A stretch of DNA of 31,664 nt from Myxococcota bacterium (lineage in GTDB: Bacteria; Myxococcota_A; UBA796; GCA-2862545), in NCBI GenBank assembly GCA_039208735.1, contig JBCCQY010000106.1:1-31664 (forward strand), in the 5' to 3' direction. Of this stretch, positions 27,143 through 31,664 are shown piece after piece. The stretch's first letter is position 1. Every line of letters starts with the position of its first letter. The translations under genes were made by a program, and so were the position numbers. The notes beneath the pieces were generated by a model. The model ran no database searches. It worked only from the letters and a program-made list of their open reading frames with translations, and was not told the DNA's origin.

Positions 27143-27877
27143 ATGCGCGGACTTGGACTGGTAATTCTGCTTGCGGCGGCGTGCGACGACGTTGGTTCGA
27201 ATGTCGATAGCGGATCGCTGCTGTTCGGCGGTGCGTTTGACGCATTTTCCGAGAACGTCGTCATCTACCTGGACGGCGATGAAGTGGTCTTCGAAACCAA
27301 CGGGTTGCCTGACCACGAGTCGCCTTACTGGGGAGTGGGCCACGAGTTGTATGTCGCACCCACGGTAACGACCGAAGAACAGATGGCGCCCGGCAACATC
27401 GATCGGTTTCAGGGCACCTTTACGCTTCGAGTGCCCGCCGCGCCCACCTTGGCCAGCCAGTCGAGCGCTACAGGCCTCGGTCCCATCGGCATCGCAGTCA
27501 GTGGGGCAGTGATTTACAACGACCAGGAAGGGCCCAACGTACCCCTCGATAACGCAGTGGGCTCGCTCGACTTCACCGGTGCTCATACCGGCCCACAGTC
27601 GTACCACTACCACCTGGAACCGTTGGCGTGGTCCGAGGACGACGATGTGCTCATCGGCATTATGGCCGATGGGTTCTACCTGTATGGCCGGCGAGAGCCC
27701 GCATCCGAAGGGGGCGACTACCCGAGCGACTTGGACACCTCCGGCGGTCACACCGGACCGACCCTCTACAGTGACACGCCAGAGTACCACTACCACATTC
27801 AAAACGAAGCCTATTTGGGTCAGTACTACCTGTTGTTCCCCGGTGATTACCAGGGCACGCCGAGCACGATCCGGTGA
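27143..27877 (+). CDS. YHYH family lipoprotein
   Basis: LAAA-C lipobox; TNGLPDH, LGPIGIAVSG, GAHTGP.SYHYH, IGIMADGF.LYG, LD.SGGHTG...EYHYH. Confidence 0.9.
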   Translation: MRGLGLVILLAAACDDVGSNVDSGSLLFGGAFDAFSENVVIYLDGDEVVFETNGLPDHESPYWGVGHELYVAPTVTTEEQMAPGNIDRFQGTFTLRVPAAPTLASQSSATGLGPIGIAVSGAVIYNDQEGPNVPLDNAVGSLDFTGAHTGPQSYHYHLEPLAWSEDDDVLIGIMADGFYLYGRREPASEGGDYPSDLDTSGGHTGPTLYSDTPEYHYHIQNEAYLGQYYLLFPGDYQGTPSTIR

Positions 27878-28464
27878 TGGTGCTTTGGCTGTTGGCCTGT
27901 GGCGTTGACTCGGAACTCGAACCTCTCGTCGGGCTAGATGATCTTGAACTGGTCCGGGGAACCGGCGTGTGGATCCTCGATGGTGCGCCGTACACCGGGG
28001 TGGCAGAGCAGGTCGCACCCGGCGGGATGGTGTTTGAGCGGGTGACGTTTCGAGAGGGGCGTCGCCACGGTCGACGCGAGCAGTTCCACCCCGATGGCAC
28101 CCTGCGGTTGCAAGCCGACTATGTCGATGGGCGGCGTGACGGAATGGTTCGAACCTGGTGGTCCAACGGGCACCTGCGGGCCGAGGCCGAACTCGAGGAT
28201 GGGGTTGCGCACGGCGTTCAGCGGCAGTGGTACGAAAGCGGCGCCTTGTTCAAGGAGCTGCACTACGACCACGGCGCTGAACAAGGGCTGCAACGAGCTT
28301 GGCGCGAGAATGGGGTGCTCTACGCCAACTACGAAGCCCGCAATGGCCGAATCTACGGCCTGAAGCGTTCAAAGCTATGTTTTCAGCTTGATGATGAGGA
28401 GGTCGTGCGTGGTGACGTTCGCCTGGATGTGGCTGGGGTGTTCGACCCCAACGACCAACCCTGA
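27877..28464 (+). CDS. MORN-variant repeat (YwqK-like) lipoprotein
   Basis: TGATG overlap with YHYH; LLA-C; repeats G.RHG....FHPDG / GRRDG..RTWWSNG / G.AHG..RQWYESG / G.EQG..RAWRENG; tail YGLKRSKLC. Confidence 0.85.
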   Translation: MVLWLLACGVDSELEPLVGLDDLELVRGTGVWILDGAPYTGVAEQVAPGGMVFERVTFREGRRHGRREQFHPDGTLRLQADYVDGRRDGMVRTWWSNGHLRAEAELEDGVAHGVQRQWYESGALFKELHYDHGAEQGLQRAWRENGVLYANYEARNGRIYGLKRSKLCFQLDDEEVVRGDVRLDVAGVFDPNDQP

Positions 28465-29029
28465 GCCGCTGCCTTACTATGCATCGCGGGACTTCACGCC
28501 CCACTGGTTTACGCCGGACACGGTGCCGGAGGGGTTTCACGCCATCCCGGCGTTTTCACTCACCGACCAACACGGGGCGACGGTGACCGACGCCGATCTT
28601 GACGGGAATGTCTCGATCGTGAGCTTTTTCTTCACCCGCTGTGGTGGCATCTGCCCAAGCTTGACGGCTTCGCTGCACGGCGTGGCAACTGAGTTTGCGG
28701 GCCGGGATGACGTGCAGCTGCTCGGCCACTCCGTAATGCCGACGGATGACACGGTCCCGGTCCTGAAGGCGTTTGCCGACAAGCACGGGATTACCTCGCC
28801 ACAGTGGCACCTGCTGACCGGACCCCGACCCGAGATCTATGCCCTTGGGCGCGAGGCTTACTTCGTCGAAGAAGATCTAGGGGAGCCGGTCGACCCCGAC
28901 GCGTTCCTGCACACCGAGAACGTTGTGATGGTGGACGGCACACGGCGGATTCGCGGCATCTACAATGGGCTCAATGCCAGCGCGATGCGCCAGCTCGTGG
29001 CCGACGTGAAGACGGTCCTCGCGGAGTAG
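28391..29029 (+). CDS. SCO1/SenC family copper chaperone
   Basis: FSLTDQHG, FFFTRCGGICP (CxxxC), WHLLTG, FLHTEN (His ligand), IRGIYNG; lipobox WLG-C. True start may be GTG 28409 after AGGAGG. Confidence 0.92.
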   Translation: MMRRSCVVTFAWMWLGCSTPTTNPEPLPYYASRDFTPHWFTPDTVPEGFHAIPAFSLTDQHGATVTDADLDGNVSIVSFFFTRCGGICPSLTASLHGVATEFAGRDDVQLLGHSVMPTDDTVPVLKAFADKHGITSPQWHLLTGPRPEIYALGREAYFVEEDLGEPVDPDAFLHTENVVMVDGTRRIRGIYNGLNASAMRQLVADVKTVLAE

Positions 29030-29035
29030 GGCGCG

Positions 29036-30235
29036 TCATTCAGAGCGGGAAATGTGAAACCCCGCGTCGGTGATGGACTGCTGGAGTCGGGACAAGGCGG
29101 CGTTCCCCGAAATGACGGCGGTGTTCGCGTCGAGGTTGATCACGGCGGACTGCACCCCATCGGTGGCCAGAAGCGCCCGCTGCACTTTGTTCGCGCACCC
29201 TTCGCAGGTCATGCCTTGCACTTCGATGGTCAAGGCACGCTCATCATCGGAGACGGCGGTGCGGTTCGCGAACCACAACATCGCATCGTCATAGGCGAAT
29301 CGAGCGAGGAGGCCCAGCAGGACGACCGCACTTGCGATGCTCCACCACGTCGTGTGGGCATGGGCGGCCGCCACCGTTGCGGTGAGACTGCCAAATACCT
29401 GCTCGTAGAGCAATCCGAATCCGATGCTTCCCGCGAGAATGGTGGCGAGGTACACGCCAAGCACGTTGCGCCCAAAGGTGCGGTACACCGTGCCAAGGGT
29501 TGCCACGTTGGTCGCAGGCCCTGCCATGAGGAACACGAGCGCGGCGCCGGTGGGCATGCCGGCGGCGACCAAGGCCGCCGCGATGGGAACGGACGCAGTG
29601 GCGCAGACATAAAGCGGCAACGAGATGCCGAGTACGGCCCCAAAGGCCAGGGCCGTAGCTCCTCCGGTGAGACCGGCAAACGCGTCGACGGGGAGCGCCG
29701 TCGTCAAGGCCGCAGAGAACAACACCCCAAATGCCAACCAGCCCCATACCTCACGGATCACATCGATCGCGTGGTGCAACGCGTCGGAAAGGGTGTGAAC
29801 GTGCTCGTGAGCGTCGTCGGCCTCGATCTTCGAGACGCCCCTTGGGGTGATTGCGTCGGTCGTCCAGCCTGCCACCAGGCCGGTGACCAGTGCCGCGCCC
29901 ACCTTCCACAACGCAAACGGCCATCCGAGCATGCCGGCCGAGACGAGGACCGAATCCACCCCTGTTTGGGGCGTGGCGACCAAGAACCCCACGCTGGCTC
30001 CATCGCTCGCCCCATTCCGCTTGAGCCCGATTCCCGCTGGGATCACGCCACAGGAGCACAGCGGGAGGGGCACGCCAAGGACCACGGCCTTGGCCACCCC
30101 CCAGCCGCCCGACAGCTGGCTCTTTATAAACCCCGAGGGCACGAGGTAGTGCAGCGCACCGCTGACGGCGGCACCCAGCAACAGCCATGGGGAAAGCTCT
30201 AGAAGAACGTCCCAAACGTTTACGAGGAAGGTCAT
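29036..30235 (-). CDS. SO_0444-like (DUF318/ArsP-type) metal permease with a C-terminal HMA domain
   Basis: PLPLCSCGVIP, FLVATPQTGVDS, PLYVCATASVP, FLMAGPATN; His patches HEHVH and HAH; HMA GMTCEGC. Confidence 0.9.
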   Translation of the reverse strand: MTFLVNVWDVLLELSPWLLLGAAVSGALHYLVPSGFIKSQLSGGWGVAKAVVLGVPLPLCSCGVIPAGIGLKRNGASDGASVGFLVATPQTGVDSVLVSAGMLGWPFALWKVGAALVTGLVAGWTTDAITPRGVSKIEADDAHEHVHTLSDALHHAIDVIREVWGWLAFGVLFSAALTTALPVDAFAGLTGGATALAFGAVLGISLPLYVCATASVPIAAALVAAGMPTGAALVFLMAGPATNVATLGTVYRTFGRNVLGVYLATILAGSIGFGLLYEQVFGSLTATVAAAHAHTTWWSIASAVVLLGLLARFAYDDAMLWFANRTAVSDDERALTIEVQGMTCEGCANKVQRALLATDGVQSAVINLDANTAVISGNAALSRLQQSITDAGFHISRSE

Positions 30236-30525
30236 CGGCTTGCGACTCCGGCGTAGCGCGCGAACACATCCATCAGGTCATCGATTCGAGCCACCTGCTC
30301 ATCTTCGTCGTCACCATTAAGGGCGTCCGCCACACAGGTTTCGACATGGTTGCGCAAGACAAGCTGGCCGACGCGGGCTAACGCGCCGCGGACCGCCTGT
30401 AGCTGCAACAGGATGTCGACACAGTCGCCGTTGTCTTCGATCATGCGACGAACCCCCGTGAGCTGGCCCTCGACCCGCTTGAGACGTGCCACCAGCTTCT
30501 TGTGTTCGCCGGAGTCCATATGCAT
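30232..30525 (-). CDS. csoR: CsoR-family copper-sensing transcriptional repressor
   Basis: RLKRVEGQL.GV.RM...DCVDIL.Q..AVRGAL......NHVETC (x-C-H-C fingerprint); GGAG RBS before ATG 30525; ATGA overlap with the permease. Confidence 0.85.
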   Translation of the reverse strand: MHMDSGEHKKLVARLKRVEGQLTGVRRMIEDNGDCVDILLQLQAVRGALARVGQLVLRNHVETCVADALNGDDEDEQVARIDDLMDVFARYAGVASR

Positions 30526-30535
30526 GACTGCTCCA

Positions 30536-30575
30536 ATACCCCCGGGGGGCATTGGTGTATACCCCCGGGGGGTAC
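30536..30575. promoter_or_regulatory. Tandem CsoR-type operators
   Basis: ATACCCCCGGGGGGCAT (30536-30552) and TATACCCCCGGGGGGTAC (30558-30575). The distal site lies in the spacer of a candidate TTGTTG-N17-TATACA promoter on the minus strand. Confidence 0.85.
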
Positions 30576-30595
30576 GAGCAACAAGTCATGAACGT

Positions 30596-31402
30596 CTAAG
30601 GCAAGAGGTACTGGGCCACGCTGAAGGTGTAGACGCCGACCAGGAAGTAGTGCCCGTCAGGCAGTGAGTTGCCCCCCAAAATGATGTCTTCGTAGGGGAG
30701 AGGCACGGCAGGCCAGCCGTCTTCGTCGAGCTGAAGTTCACCTTCGGCCGAAAGCAATCCGGCAACCACCATGTGGGAGGCCCACGTCGACGGTTCCCAG
30801 ATATCGGAGACCCACGAGCCACCAGCCAATTGCGCTTCGCCATGTGCTTCGGCCCAAAAGGTGTCGGCGAGGGCGCTCTTCTTGTCTTCCAGCAGGCCTT
30901 GCACGTCGCTCCGCAGGGTGCCCACGCCGACGCCCCACAGTTTCGAGGCGATGAGGCCGCCTGGGTCGGGCATGTAGTCGGGATCGACGTCTTCACACCC
31001 ATTGGTGGTTACGCGGGCCTGAGCCGGGACCGTGAAGCCTACGTGGGTCATCAGGGTGCTTTCGATGTCTTCGGTGGCGTCCTCAAAGACCCAGCTCTCG
31101 AGCGAGACACTCGCCGCATCGTCCATGATGAGGTTCACCCGGCACTCGAGGTCTCCTGAGGCATCAAACATTCGGATGGCCACCAGCGGGGCGAGTTCTG
31201 TGCCATTGTCGAAAAAGGTGCGGAGCGTGGCGGCCTCCCGATCCACCGCGAAGGAGGCTTGCACCGTAAAGCTCGTCGGAGCCCAGCCCCGAGGTTGCGG
31301 CGTTCCCGAGTCGATCGAGGGCAACACCGGGGGATCTTCCGTCTCGACGACCTCGCTCGTGCAGCCGCCAAGCCCCAACCACAACCATCCTGCAGCAACC
31401 AT
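30596..31402 (-). CDS. Hypothetical lipoprotein
   Basis: GGAGG RBS; LGLGG-C lipobox; acidic beta-rich body. Confidence 0.65.
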   Translation of the reverse strand: MVAAGWLWLGLGGCTSEVVETEDPPVLPSIDSGTPQPRGWAPTSFTVQASFAVDREAATLRTFFDNGTELAPLVAIRMFDASGDLECRVNLIMDDAASVSLESWVFEDATEDIESTLMTHVGFTVPAQARVTTNGCEDVDPDYMPDPGGLIASKLWGVGVGTLRSDVQGLLEDKKSALADTFWAEAHGEAQLAGGSWVSDIWEPSTWASHMVVAGLLSAEGELQLDEDGWPAVPLPYEDIILGGNSLPDGHYFLVGVYTFSVAQYLLP

Positions 31403-31429
31403 CGATTCAACCCCTCCGAAGTGCTGATG

Positions 31430-31664
31430 CTACCGCACTTCTGCAACGAGTGCGGAGCGAACGGCTGCGTACACGTCATCTGCGATGGCGCGCACTTCGT
31501 CGTCCGTTCGATCCTGAATGGGGTGAGGGACGTAGACCACCGCGGGGTCTACGCCGAGGGCATCGGCTTGGCCATCCGCGCCATCTCGGAACGCGTCCGA
31601 AGCCACAAAGGCGGAGGGAATGCCGCGGCGCTCGAGGTCGGCGGTGTCGTGCACACTGCACGAC
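31430..31664 (-). CDS. UGSC-family (seleno)protein, C-terminal part (5'-truncated)
   Basis: Frame open to the window edge: SCSVHDTADLERRGIPS.FVAS..F.......ALG.....VYVPHPIQDRTDDE. This matches, from memory, the segment following the U/C-GSCT motif in this family. Confidence 0.75.
   Translation of the reverse strand, partial: SCSVHDTADLERRGIPSAFVASDAFRDGADGQADALGVDPAVVYVPHPIQDRTDDEVRAIADDVYAAVRSALVAEVR

Noticed and set aside
27877..28464. YwqK 'antitoxin' interpretation, implying a toxin-antitoxin system
   Set aside because: The similarity is only generic MORN-variant repeats; there is no adjacent toxin, and the protein is a lipoprotein coupled to YHYH and SCO.

Overview
GC-rich bacterial chromosomal segment. 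It is probably from a Myxococcota-like deltaproteobacterium, inferred from the many Cys/Asp-rich lipoproteins, the kinase-STAND-TPR protein, the DUF1501 cluster and the TIGR02996-LRR protein. It holds about 31 CDS, and I could not recognise any rRNA, tRNA, CRISPR array or transposase. Left half: MAPEG fragment, MDR oxidoreductase, a membrane-anchored ECF sigma factor with a PDZ domain divergent from a subtilase lipoprotein, a Ser/Thr kinase-STAND-TPR protein, a GFA protein, a REP-like hairpin cluster, a small lipoprotein carrying a Bowman-Birk/SFTI-1-like loop (CTNSIPPFC), a four-repeat Cys/Asp-rich surface lipoprotein, a mutarotase, an LRR protein and an Upf1/IGHMBP2-like helicase. Right half: creD with a cre-tag-like site, then a 6 kb co-directional run of exported proteins (two-CxxCH protein, lipoprotein, Tat DUF1501-like protein, MopE-motif lipoprotein, YHYH, MORN, SCO). 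That run converges on a csoR/permease-HMA operon with two operator palindromes. The window ends in the 3' part of a UGSC-type (seleno)protein gene with a candidate SECIS hairpin. The best novelty candidates are the putative extracytoplasmic copper/heme system at 22947-30575 and the BBI-like loop lipoprotein. All family calls come from motif recognition by eye, and no searches were run.
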